Origin: Eledone cirrhosa
Taxonomy: Eukaryota
DNA: 64,000 nucleotides
Direction: 5' to 3'
Assembly (NCBI GenBank): GCA_964016885.1
Contig: OZ024743.1
Span: forward strand, 205,344,001 to 205,408,000
This document shows positions 48,601 to 63,600 of the stretch, piece by piece (position 1 is the first letter of the stretch; every line of letters begins with the position of its first letter). Under the pieces are notes generated by a model. That model was not told the DNA's origin, searched no databases, and saw only the letters and a list, made by a program, of their open reading frames with translations. The position numbers and the translations under genes are program-made.

Positions 48601-51600
48601 CCAAGCACCAAGCACCAAGCACCAAACACCAATCACCAAGCCCCAAGCACCAAACACCAAGCACCCAGCACCAAACACCAAACACCAAGCACCAAGCACC
48701 CAGAACAAAGCACCAAGCACCAAACACCAAACACCAAGCTCCAAGCACCAAACACCAAACACCAAGCACCAAGCACCAAGCACCAAACACCAAACACCAA
48801 GCTCCAAGCACCAAACACCAAACACCAAGCACCAAGCACCAAACACCAATCACCAAGCACCAAGCACCAAACCCCAAGCACCAAACACCAAGCACCAATC
48901 ACCAAACACCAAACACCAAGAACCAAGCACCAAGCACCAAACCCCAAGCACCAAACACCAAGCACCAATCACCAAACACCGAACACCAAGAACCAAGCAC
49001 CAAGCACCAAACACCAAGCACCAAGCACCAAGCACCAAGCACCAAGCACCAAACACCAAGCACCAAGTACCACACACCAAACACCAAGCACCAAGCACCA
49101 AACACCAAACACCAAACACCAGGCACCAAGCACCAATCACCAAGCACCAAGCAAAAACACAAAGCACCAAGCACCAAGCACCAAACACCAAACACCAAAC
49201 ACCAGGCACCAAGCACCAAGCACCAAGCAGCAAGCACCAAGCACCAAACACCAAACACCAAGCCCAAATCACCAAAGAGCAAAAACAAAACACCAAGCAC
49301 CAAACACCAAACACCAAGCACCAAACACCAAACACCAAACACCAAACGCCAAACAGCAAACACCAAACACCAAATAGCAAAAACCAAAGAGCAAACTCCA
49401 AGCACCAAACAGCAAACACAAAACACCAAACAGCAAACACCAAACAGCAAACTCCAAACACCAAACACCAAGCACCGATCACCAAACACCAAGCACCAAG
49501 CACCAAACACCAAACACCAAGCACCAAGTACCAAACACCAAACACCAAGCACCAAACACTAAACAGCAAACGCAAAAAAGCAAATGCCAAACCCCAAACG
49601 CCAAACAGCAAACGCCCAGCACCAAACACCAAACACCAAACACCAAGCACAAATCACCAAACACCAAACACCAAGCGCCAAACACCAAACACCAAACACC
49701 TAGCACCAAGCACCAAGCACCAAACACCAAGCACCAAACACCAAGCACCAAGCACCAAGCACCAAGCACCAAGCACCAATCACCAAGCCCCAAGCATCAA
49801 ACACCAAGCACCCAGCACCAAACACCAAACACCAAGCACCAAGCACCCAGAACAAAGCACCAAGCACCAAACACCAAACACCAAGCTCCAAGCACCAAAC
49901 ACCAAACACCAAGCACCAAGCACCAAGCACCAAACACCAATCACCAAGCCCCAAGCACCAAACACCAAGCACCAAGCACCAAACACCAAACACCAAGCAC
50001 CAAGCACCCAGAACCAAGCACCAAGCACCAAACACCAAACTACCAAGCACCAAGCACCAAACACCAAACACCAAGCACCAAGCACCAAGCACCAAGCACC
50101 AAACACCATACACCAAGCACCAAGCACCAAACACCAAAAACCAATCACCAAGCACCAAAGAGCAAACACCAAGCCCCAAGCACCAAACACCAAACACCAA
50201 ACACCAAATAGCAAACACTAAACACCAAACACCAAACAGCAAACACAAAACACCAAATAGCAAACACCAAACACCAAACACCAAACACCAAACAGCAAAC
50301 ACCAAACACCAAACACCAAACACCAAACAGCAAACACCAAACAGCAAACACCAAACACCAAACACCAAGCACCAAGCACCAAGCACCAAACAACAACACC
50401 AAGCACCAAGCATCAAACACCAAGCACCAAGCACCAAACACCAAACACCAAGCTCCAAGCACCAAACACCATACACCAAGCACCAAGCACCAAACACCAA
50501 TCACCAAGCACCAAGCACCAAACCCCAAGCACCAAACACCAAGCACCAATCACCAAACACCAAACACCCAGCACCAAGCACCAAACACCAAGCACCAAGC
50601 ACCAAGCACCAAACACCAAGCACCAAGTACCAAACACCAAACACCAAGCACCAAGTACCAAACACCAAACACCAAGCACCAAGCACCAAACACCAAACAC
50701 CAAGCACCAAGCACCAAACACCAAACACCAGGCTCCAAGCACAAAACACCAAGCACCAAGCACCAAGCAACAAACACCAAACACCAAGCACCAAACACCA
50801 AACACCAAGCACCAAACACCAAGCACCAAGCACCAAGCACCATGCACTAAACACCAAGCACCAAGCACCAAACAGCAAACACCAAACAGCAAACACCAAA
50901 CAGCAAACACCAAAGAGCAAACACCAAACACCAAGCACCAAGCACCAAACACCATACGCCAAACACCAAACACCAAGCACCAAGCACCAAACACCAAGCA
51001 CCAAGCACCAAAGACCAAACACCAAGCACCAAGCACGAAACACCAAGCACCAAGCACCGAGCACCAAACACCAAACACCAAACACCAAGCACCAAGCACC
51101 AAACACCAAACACCAAGAACCAAGCACCAAACACCAAATACCAAGCACCAAGCACTAAACACCAAACACCAAGCACCAAACACCAAGCACCAAGCACCAA
51201 GCACCAAGCACCAAACACAAAACACCAAGTACCAAACACCAAACAGCAAACACCAATCACCAAACACCAAACACCAAACAGCAAACACCAATCACCAAAC
51301 ACCAAACACCAAACACCAAACAGTAAACACCAAACACCAAACAGCAAACACCAAACACCAAACAGCAAACAGCAAACACCAAACAAACAGCAAACAGCAA
51401 ACACCAAGCAGCAAACACCAAACACCAAACAACAAACGCCAAACAGCAAACGCCAGCCACCAGATGCCAAACAGCAAACGCCAAACAGCAAACGCCAAAC
51501 AGCAAACACCAAACACCAAACAGCAAACACCAAACACCAAACACCAAATAGCAAACACCAAACAGCAAACACCAAACAGCAAACACCAAACAGCAAACAC

Positions 51601-54600
51601 CAGACAGCAAACAGCAAACTCCAAACACCAAACACCAAGCACCAAGCACCAAACACCAAGCACCAAGCAACAAGCACCAATCACCAAGCACCAAGCACTA
51701 AACACCAAACACCAAGCACCAAGCACCAAGCACCAAACAGCAAGCACCAAGCACCATGCACCAAACGCCAAGCACCAAGCACCAAACACCAAGCACCAAG
51801 CACCAAGCACCAAACACCAAGCACCAAAGACCAAGCACCAAATACCAAGCACCAAGCACCAAACACCAATCACCAAGCACCAAGCACCAAACACCAAGAA
51901 CCAAACACCAATCACTAAACACCAAACACCAAGCACCAAGCACCAAACACCAAACACCAAGCACCAAGTACCAAACACCAAACACCAAACACCAAGCACC
52001 AAGCACCAAATCCCAAGCACCAAACACCAAGCACCAAGCACCAAACACCAAACACCAAGCCCGAAGCACCAAGCATCAAATACCAAACGCCAAACACCAA
52101 GCACCACACATCAAACACCAAGCACCAAGCACCAATCGCCAAGCACCAAGCACCAAGCAACAAACACAAAGCACCAAGCACCAAGCACCAAGCACCAAGC
52201 ACCAAGCACCAAACACCAAGCACCAAGCACCCAACACCAAACACCAATCACCAAGCACCAAAGAGCAAACACGAAGCCCCAAGCACCAAACACCCAACAC
52301 CAAACACCAAACATCAAACACCAATCACGAATCACCAAATACCAAACACCAAACATCAAAACCAATCACGAATCACCAAGCACCAAGCACCAAGCACCAA
52401 GCACCAAACACCAAGTACTAAGCACCAAGCACCAAACACCAAGCACCAAGCACCAAACACCAAACACCAAGCACCAAACACCAAGCACCAAACAGCAAGC
52501 ACCAAGCACCAAGCACCAGACACAAAGCACCAAGCACCAAACACCAAACACCAAGCACCAAGGACTAAACACCAAACACCAAGCACCAAGCACCAAGCAC
52601 CAAGCACCAAGCACCAAACACCAAGCACCAAGCACCAAGCACCAAGCACCAAGCACCAAACACCAAGCACCAAGCACCAAACAGCAAACACCAAGCACCA
52701 AACACCAAACACCAAGCACCAAGCACCAAACACCAAACACCAAACACCAAGCACCAAGCCCCAAGCACCAAACACCAAGCACCAAGCACCAAACACCAAG
52801 CACGAAGCACCAAGCACCATGCACCAAACACCAAGCACCAAGCACCAAACAGCAAACACCAAACAGCAAACACCAAACACCAAACACCAACCAGCAAACA
52901 CCAAACACCAAACACCAAACAGCAAACACCAAACAGCAAACACCAAACAGCAAACACCAAACACCAAACACCAAACAGCAAATGCCAAAAAGCAAACGCC
53001 AAACCCCAAACGCCAAACAGCAAATGCCAAACCCCAAACGCCAAACAGCAAACGCCAAGCGCCAAACGCCAAACACCAAGTGCCAAGTACCAAACACCAA
53101 ACACCAAGCACCAAGCACCAAGCACCAAACACCAAACACCAAGCACCAAGTACCAAACACCAAACACCAAGCACCAAACACCAAACAGCAAACGCCAAAA
53201 GACAAACGCCAAACCCCATACGCCAAACAGCAAATGCCAAACCCCAAACGCCAAACAGCAAACGCCAAGCACCAAACACCAAACACCAAGCACCAAGCAC
53301 CAAACACCAAACACCAAACACCAAGCACCAAGCCCCAAGCACCAAACACCAAGCACCAAGCACCAAACACCAAGCACGAAGCACCAAGCACCATGCACCA
53401 AACACCAAGCACCAAGCACCAAACAGCAAACACCAAACAGCAAACACCAAACACCAAACACCAACCAGCAAACACCAAACACCAAACACCAAACAGCAAA
53501 CACCAAACTGCAAACACCAAACAGCAAACACCAAACACCAAACACCAAACAGCAAATGCCAAAAAGCAAACGCCAAACCCAAAACGCCAAACAGCAAACG
53601 CCAAGCGCCAAACGCCAAACACCAAGCGCCAAGCACCAAACACCAAACACCAAGCACCAAGCACCAAACACCAAACACCAAGCACCAAGTACCAAACACC
53701 AAACACCAAGCACCAAACACCAAACAGCAAACGCCAAAAAGCAAACGCCAAACCCCATACGCCAAACAACAAATGCCAAACCCCAAACGCCAAATATCAA
53801 ACGCCAAGCACCGAACACCAAACACCAAGCGCCAAGCACCAAACACCAAACACCAAGCACCAAGCACCAAACACCAAACACCAAGCACCAATCACCAAAC
53901 ACCAAGCACCAAGCGCCAAGCACCAAACACCAAACACCTAGCACCAAGCACCAAGCACCAAACACCAAGTACCAAACACCAATCACCAAGCCCCAAGCAC
54001 CAAACACCAAGCGCCAAGCACCAAACACCAAACACCAAGCACCAAGCACCAAACACCAAACACCAAGCACCAATCACCAAACACCAAGCACCAAGCGCCA
54101 AGCACCAAACACCAAACACCTAGCACCAAGCACCAAGCACCAAACACCAAGTACCAAACACCAATCACCAAGCCCCAAGCACCAAACACCAAGCACCAAG
54201 CACCAAACAGCAAACACCAAACACCAAACGCCAAAAAGCAAACGCCAAACCCCATACGCCAAACAGCAAATGCCAAACCCCAAACGCCAAACAGCAAACG
54301 CCAAGCACCAAACACCAAACACCAAGCACCAAGCACCAAACACCAAACACCAAACACCAAGCACCAAGCCCCAAGCACCAAACACCAAGCACCAAGCACT
54401 AAACACCAAGCACGAAGCACCAAGCACCATGCACCAAACACCAAGCACCAAGCACCAAACAGCAAACACCAAACAGCAAACACCAAACACCAAACACCAA
54501 CCAGCAAACACCAAACACCAAACACCAAACTGCAAACACCAAACAGCAAACACCAAACACCAAACACCAAACAGCAAACGCCAAACCCCAAACGCCAAAC

Positions 54601-57600
54601 AGTAAATGCCAAACCCCAAACGCCAAACAGCAAACGCCAAGCGCCAAACGCCAAACACCAAGCGCCAAGCACCAAACACCAAACACCAAGCACCAAGCAC
54701 CAAACACCAAACACCAAGCACCAATCACCAAACACCAAGCACCAAGCGCCAAGCACCAAACACCAAACACCTAGCACCAAGCACCAAGCACCAAACACCA
54801 AGTACCAAACACCAATCACCAAGCCCCAAGCACCAAACACCAAGCGCCAAGCACCAAACACCAAACACCAAGCACCAAGCACCAAACACCAAACACCAAG
54901 CACCAATCACCAAACACCAAGCACCAAGCGCCAAGCACCAAACACCAAACACCTAGCACCAAGCACCAAGCACCAAACACCAAGTACCAAACACCAATCA
55001 CCAAGCCCCAAGCACCAAACACCAAGCACCAAGCACCAAACAGCAAACACCAAACACCAAACACCAACCAGCAAACACCAAACACCAAACACCAAACAGC
55101 AAACACCAAACAGCAAACACCAAACAGCAAACACCAAACACCAAACACCAAACAGCAAATGCCAAAAAGCAAACGCCAAACCCCAAACGCCAAACAGCAA
55201 ATGCCAAACCCCAAACGCCAAACAGCAAACGCCAAGCGCCAAACGCCAAACACCAAGTGCCAAGCACCAAACACCAGACACCAAGCACCAAGCACCAAGC
55301 ACCAAACACCAAACACCAAGCACCAAGTACCAAACACCAAACACCAAGCACCAAACACCAAACAGCAAACGCCAAAAAGCAAACGCCAAACCCCATACGC
55401 CAAACAGCAAATGCCAGACCCCAAACGCCAAACAGCAAACGCCAAGCACCAAACACCAAACACCAAGCGCCAAGCACCAAACACCAAACACCAAGCACCA
55501 AGCACCAAACACCAAATACCAAGCACCAATCACCTAACACCAAGCACCAAGCGCCAAGCACCAAACACCAAACACCTAGCACCAAGCACCAAGCACCAAA
55601 CACCAAGCACCAAACACCAATCACCAAGCCCCAAGCACCAAACACCAAGCACCAAGCACCAAACACCAAACACCAAGCACCAAGCACCCAGAACCAAGCA
55701 CCAAGCACCAAACACCAAGCACCAAGCACCGAGCACCAAACACCAAGAACCAAGCACCAAGCACTAAACACCAAACACCAAGTACCAAGCACCAAACACC
55801 AAACACCAAGCACCAAGTACCAAACTCCAAACACCAAACACCAAGCACCAAGCACCAAATCCCAAGCACCAAACACCAAGCACCAATCACCAAACACCAA
55901 ACACCAAGCACCAAGCACCAAACTCCAAAAACCAAGCACCAAGCACCAAGCACCAAACACCAAACGCCAAACACCAAACACCAAGTACCAAGCACCAAAC
56001 ACCAAGCACCAAGCGCCAAAGACCAAACACCAAGCACCAAGCACGAAACACCAAGCACCAAGCACCGAGCACCAAACACCTAGTACCAAGCACCAATCAC
56101 CAAACACCAAGCACCAAGCACCAAACACCAAACACCAAGCACCAAGCACCAAACACCAAACACCAAGCACCAAGCCCCAAGCACCAAACACCAAGCACCA
56201 AGCACCAAACACCAAACACCAAGCACCAAGCACTAAACACCAAACACCAAGCACCAAGCACCAAGCACCAAGCACCAAGCACCAAACACCAAGCACCAAG
56301 CACCAAGCACCAAGCACCAAGCACCAAACACCAAGCACCAAGCACCAAACAGCAAACACCAAACACCAAACACCAAACACCAAGCACCAAGCACCAAACA
56401 CCAAACACCAAACACCAAGCACCAAGCACCCAGAACCAAGCACCAAGCACCAAACACCAAGCACCAAGCACCGAGCACCAAACACCAAGAACCAAGCACC
56501 AAGCACTAAACACCAAACACCAAGTACCAAGCACCAAACACCAAACACCAAGCACCAAGTACCAAACTCCAAACACCAAACACCAAGCACCAAGCACCAA
56601 ATCCCAAGCACCAAACACCAAGCACCAATCACCAAACACCAAACACCAAGCACCAAGCACCAAACTCCAAAAACCAAGCACCAAGCACCAAGCACCAAAC
56701 ACCAAACGCCAAACACCAAACACCAAGTACCAAGCACCAAACACCAAGCACCAAGCGCCAAAGACCAAACACCAAGCACCAAGCACGAAACACCAAGCAC
56801 CAAGCACCGAGCACCAAACACCAAGTACCAAGCACCAATCACCAAACACCAAGCACCAAGCACCAAACACCAAACACCAAGCACCAAGCACCAAACACCA
56901 AACACCAAGCACCAAGCCCCAAGCACCAAACACCAAGCACCAAGCACCAAACACCAAACACCAAGCACCAAGCACTAAACACCAAACACCAAGCACCAAG
57001 CACCAAGCACCAAGCACCAAGCACCAAACACCAAGCACCAAGCACCAAGCACCAAGCACCAAGCACCAAACACCAAGCACCAAGCACCAAACAGCAAACA
57101 CCAAACACCAAACACCAAACACCAAGCACCAAGCACCAAACACCAAACACCAAACACCAAGCACCAAGCCCCAAGCACCAAACACCAAGCACCAAGCACC
57201 AAACACCAAGCACGAAGCACCAAGCACCATGCACCAAACACCAAGCACCAAGCACCAAACAGCAAACACCAAACAGCAAACACCAAACACCAAACACCAA
57301 CCAGCAAACACCAAACACCAAACACCAAACAGCAAACACCAAACAGCAAACACCAAACAGCAAACACCAAACACCAAACACCAAACAGCAAATGCCAAAA
57401 AGCAAACGCCAAACCCCAAACGCCAAACAGCAAATGCCAAACCCCAAACGCCAAACAGCAAACGCCAAGCGCCAAACGCCAAACACCAAGTGCCAAGTAC
57501 CAAACACCAAACACCAAGCACCAAGCACCAAGCACCAAACACCAAACACCAAGCACCAAGTACCAAACACCAAACACCAAGCACCAAACACCAAACAGCA

Positions 57601-60600
57601 AACGCCGAAAAGCAAACGCCAAACCCCATCCGCCAAGCACCAAACACCAAACACCAAGCACCAAGCACCAAACACCAAACACCAAACACCAAGCACCAAG
57701 CCCCAAGCACCAAACACCAAGCACCAAGCACCAAACACCAAGCACGAAGCACCAAGCACCATGCACCAAACACCAAGCACCAAGCACCAAACAGCAAACA
57801 CCAAACAGCAAACACCAAACACCAAACACCAACCAGCAAACACCAAACACCAAACACCAAACAGCAAACACCAAACTGCAAACACCAAACAGCAAACACC
57901 AAACACCAAACACCAAACAGCAAATGCCAAAAAGCAAACGCCAAACCCCAAACGCCAAACAGCAAACGCCAAGCGCCAAACGCCAAACACCAAGCGCCAA
58001 GCACCAAACACCAAACACCAAGCACCAAGCACCAAACACCAAACACCAAGCACCAAGTACCAAACACCAAACACCAAGCACCAAACACCAAACAGCAAAC
58101 GCCAAAAAGCAAACGCCAAACCCCATACGCCAAACAGCAAATGCCAAACCCCAAACGCCAAATATCAAACGCCAAGCACCGAACACCAAACACCAAGCGC
58201 CAAGCACCAAACACCAAACACCAAGCACCAAGCACCAAACACCAAACACCAAGCACCAATCACCAAACACCAAGCACCAAGCGCCAAGCACCAAACACCA
58301 AACACCTAGCACCAAGCACCAAGCACCAAACACCAAGTACCAAACACCAATCACCAAGCCCCAAGCACCAAACACCAAGCGCCAAGCACCAAACACCAAA
58401 CACCAAGCACCAAGCACCAAACACCAAACACCAAGCACCAATCACCAAACACCAAGCACCAAGCGCCAAGCACCAAACACCAAACACCTAGCACCAAGCA
58501 CCAAGCACCAAACACCAAGTACCAAACACCAATCACCAAGCCCCAAGCACCAAACACCAAGCACCAAGCACCAAACAGCAAACACCAAACACCAAACGCC
58601 AAAAAGCAAACGCCAGACCCCATACGCCAAACAGCAAATGCCAAACCCCAAACGCCAAACAGCAAACGCCAAGCACCAAACACCAAACACCAAGCACCAA
58701 GCACCAAACACCAAACACCAAACACCAAGCACCAAGCCCCAAGCACCAAACACCAAGCACCAAGCACTAAACACCAAGCACGAAGCACCAAGCACCATGC
58801 ACCAAACACCAAGCACCAAGCACCAAACAGCAAACACCAAACAGCAAACACCAAACACCAAACACCAACCAGCAAACACCAAACACCAAACACCAAACTG
58901 CAAACACCAAACAGCAAACACCAAACACCAAACACCAAACAGCAAACGCCAAACCCCAAACGCCAAACAGTAAATGCCAAACCCCAAACGCCAAACAGCA
59001 AACGCCAAGCGCCAAACGCCAAACACCAAGCGCCAAGCACCAAACACCAAACACCAAGCACCAAGCACCAAACACCAAACACCAAGCACCTAGTACCAAA
59101 CACCAGACACCAAGCACCAAACACCAAACAGCAAACGCCAAAAAGCAAACGCCAAACCCCATACGCCAAACAGCAAATGCCAAACCCCAAACGCCAAACA
59201 GCAAACGCCAAGCACCGAACACCAAACACCAAGCGCCAAGCACCAAACACCAAACACCAAGCACCAAGCACCAAACACCAAACACCAAGCACCAATCACC
59301 AAACACCAAGCACCAAGCGCCAAGCACCAAACACCAAACACCTAGCACCAAGCACCAAGCACCAAACACCAAGTACCAAACACCAATCACCAAGCCCCAA
59401 GCACCAAACACCAAGCGCCAAGCACCAAACACCAAACACCAAGCACCAAGCACCAAACACCAAACACCAAGCACCAATCACCAAACACCAAGCACCAAGC
59501 GCCAAGCACCAAACACCAAACACCTAGCACCAAGCACCAAGCACCAAACACCAAGTACCAAACACCAATCACCAAGCCCCAAGCACCAAACACCAAGCAC
59601 CAAGCACCAAACAGCAAACACCAAACACCAAACACCAACCAGCAAACACCAAACACCAAACACCAAACAGCAAACACCAAACAGCAAACACCAAACAGCA
59701 AACACCAAACACCAAACACCAAACAGCAAATGCCAAAAAGCAAACGCCAAACCCCAAACGCCAAACAGCAAATGCCAAACCCCAAACGCCAAACAGCAAA
59801 CGCCAAGCGCCAAACGCCAAACACCAAGTGCCAAGCACCAAACACCAGACACCAAGCACCAAGCACCAAGCACCAAACACCAAACACCAAGCACCAAGTA
59901 CCAAACACCAAACACCAAGCACCAAACACCAAACAGCAAACGCCAAAAAGCAAACGCCAAACCCCATACGCCAAACAGCAAATGCCAGACCCCAAACGCC
60001 AAACAGCAAACGCCAAGCACCAAACACCAAACACCAAGCGCCAAGCACCAAACACCAAACACCAAGCACCAAGCACCAAACACCAAACACCAAGCACCAA
60101 TCACCAAACACCAAGCACCAAGCGCCAAGCACCAAACACCAAACACCTAGCACCAAGCACCAAGCACCAAACACCAAGCACCAAACACCAATCACCAAGC
60201 CCCAAGCACCAAACACCAAGCACCAAGCACCAAACACCAAACACCAAGCACCAAGCACCCAGAACCAAGCACCAAGCACCAAACACCAAGCACCAAGCAC
60301 CGAGCACCAAACACCAAGAACCAAGCACCAAGCACTAAACACCAAACACCAAGTACCAAGCACCAAACACCAAACACCAAGCACCAAGTACCAAACTCCA
60401 AACACCAAACACCAAGCACCAAGCACCAAATCCCAAGCACCAAACACCAAGCACCAATCACCAAACACCAAACACCAAGCACCAAGCACCAAACTCCAAA
60501 AACCAAGCACCAAGCACCAAGCACCAAACACCAAACGCCAAACACCAAACACCAAGTACCAAGCACCAAACACCAAGCACCAAGCGCCAAAGACCAAACA

Positions 60601-63600
60601 CCAAGCACCAAGCACCAAACACCAAGCACCAAGCACCGAGCACCAAACACCAAGTACCAAGCACCAATCACCAAACACCAAGCACCAAGCACCAAACACC
60701 AAACACCAAGCACCAAGCACCAAACACCAAACACCAAGCACCAAGCCCCAAGCACCAAACACCAAGCACCAAGCACCAAACACCAAACACCAAGCACCAA
60801 GCACTAAACACCAAACACCAAGCACCAAGCACCAAGCACCAAGCACCAAGCACCAAACACCAAGCACCAAGCACCAAGCACCAAGCACCAAGCACCAAAC
60901 ACCAAGCACCAAGCACCAAACAGCAAACACCAAACACCAAACACCAAACACCAAGCACCAAGCACCAAACACCAAACACCAAACACCAAGCACCAAGCCC
61001 CAAGCACCAAACACCAAGCACCAAGCACCAAACACCAAGCACGAAGCACCAAGCACCATGCACCAAACACCAAGCACCAAGCACCAAACAGCAAACACCA
61101 AACAGCAAACACCAAACACCAAACACCAACCAGCAAACACCAAACACCAAACACCAAACAGCAAACACCAAACTGCAAACACCAAACAGCAAACACCAAA
61201 CACCAAACACCAAACACCAAGCACCAACCACCAACCACCAAACACCAAGCACCAACCACCAAGCGCCAAACGCCAAACACCAAGCGCCAAGCACCAAACA
61301 CCAAACACCAAGCACCAAGCACCAAACACCAAACACCAAGCACCAAGTACCAAACACCAAACACCAAGCACCAAACACCAAACAGCAAACGCCAAAAAGC
61401 AAACGCCAAACCCCATACGCCAAACAGCAAATGCCAAACCCCAAACGCCAAACAGCAAACGCCAAGCACCGAACACAAAACACCAAGCGCCAAGCACCAA
61501 ACACCAAACACCAAGCACCAAGCACCAAACACCAAACACCAAGCACCAATCACCAAACACCAAGCACCAAGCGCCAAGCACCAAACACCAAACACCTAGC
61601 ACCAAGCACCAAGCACCAAACACCAAGTACCAAACACCAATCACCAAGCCCCAAGCACCAAACACCAAGCACCAAGCACCAAACACCAAACACCAAGCAC
61701 CAAGCACCCAGAACCAAGCACCAAGCACCAAACACCAAGCACCAAGCACCGAGCACCAAACACCAAGAACCAAGCACCAAGCACTAAACACCAAACACCA
61801 AGCACCAAGCACCAAACACCAAACACCAAGCACCAAACACCAAACAGCAAACGCCAAAAAGCAAACGCCAAACCCCATACGCCAAACAGCAAATGCCAAA
61901 CCCCAAACGCCAAACAGCTAACGCCAGGCACCAAACACCAAACACCAAGCGCCAAGCACCAAACACCAAACACCAAGCACCAAGCACCAAACACCAAACA
62001 CCAAGCACCAATCACCAAACACCAAGCACCAAGCGCCAAGCACCAAACACCAAACACCTAGCACCAAGCACCAAGCACCAAACACCAAGCACCAAACACC
62101 AATCACCAAGCCCCAAGCACCAAACACCAAGCACCAAGCACCAAACACCAAACACCAAGCACCAAGCACCAAGGACCAAGCACCAAACACCAAGCACCAA
62201 GCACCGAGCACCAAACACCAAGAACCAAGCACCAAGCACTAAACACCAAACACCAAGCACCAAGCACCAAACACCAAACACCAAGCACCAAGTACCAAAC
62301 TCCAAACACCAAACACCAAGCACCAAGCACCAAATCCCAAGCACCAAACACCAAGCACCAATCACCAAACACCAAACACCAAGCACCAAGCACCAAACTC
62401 CAAAAACCAAGCACCAAGCACCAAGCACCAAACACCAAACGCCAAACACCAAACACCAAGTACCAAGCACTAAACACCAAGCACCAAGCGCCAAAGACCA
62501 AACACCAAGCACCAAGCACGAAACACCAAGCACCAAGCACCGAGCACCAAACACCAAGTACCAAGCACCAATCACCAAACACCAAGCACCAAGCACCAAA
62601 CACCAAACACCAAGCACCAAGCACCAAACACCAAACACCAAGCACCAAGCACCACACACCAAATACCAAGCACCAAGCACTAAACACCAAACACCAAGCA
62701 CCAAGCACCAAGCATCAAGCACCAAGCACCAAACACCAACCACCAAGCACCAAACACCAAACACAAAACAACAAGTACCAAGCACCAAACACCAAACACC
62801 AAACACCAAACACCAAGCACCAAGCACAAGACACCAAGCACCAAGCACCAAGCACCAAGCACCAAAAACCAAGCACCAAGCTCCAAGCACCAAACACCAA
62901 GCACCAAACACCAAACACCAAGCACCAAGCACCAACCACCAAGCACCAAGCGCCAAACACCAAACACCAAGCACCAAGCACCAAACACCAAGCACCAACC
63001 ACCAAGCACCAAACACCAAGCACCAAGCACCAAGCACCAAGCACCAAGCACCAAGCACCAAACACCAAGCACCAAGCACCAAACAGCAAACACCAAGCAC
63101 CAAACACCAAACACCAAGCACCAAGCAACAAACACCAAACACCAAGCACCAAACACCAAGCACCAAGCCCCAAGCACCAAACACCAAGCACCAAGCACCA
63201 AACACCAAGCACCAAGCACCAAGCACCATGCACCAAACACCAAGCACCAAGCACCAAACAGCAAACACCAAACAGCAAACACCAAACAGCAAACATCAAA
63301 CAGCAAACACCAAACAGCAAACACCAAACAGCAAACGCCAAAAAGCAAACGCCAAACTCCAAACGCCAAACAGCAAATGCCAGACCCAAACGCCAAACAG
63401 CAAACGCCAAGCACAAAACACCAAACACCAAGCGCCAAGCACCAGACACCAAACACCAAGCACCAAGCACCAAACACCAAACACCAAGCACCAAGTACCA
63501 AACACCAAACACCAAGCACCAAACACCAAACAGCAAACGCAAAAAAGCAAACGCCAAACCCCATACGCCAAACAGCAAATCCCAAACCCCAAATGCCAAA

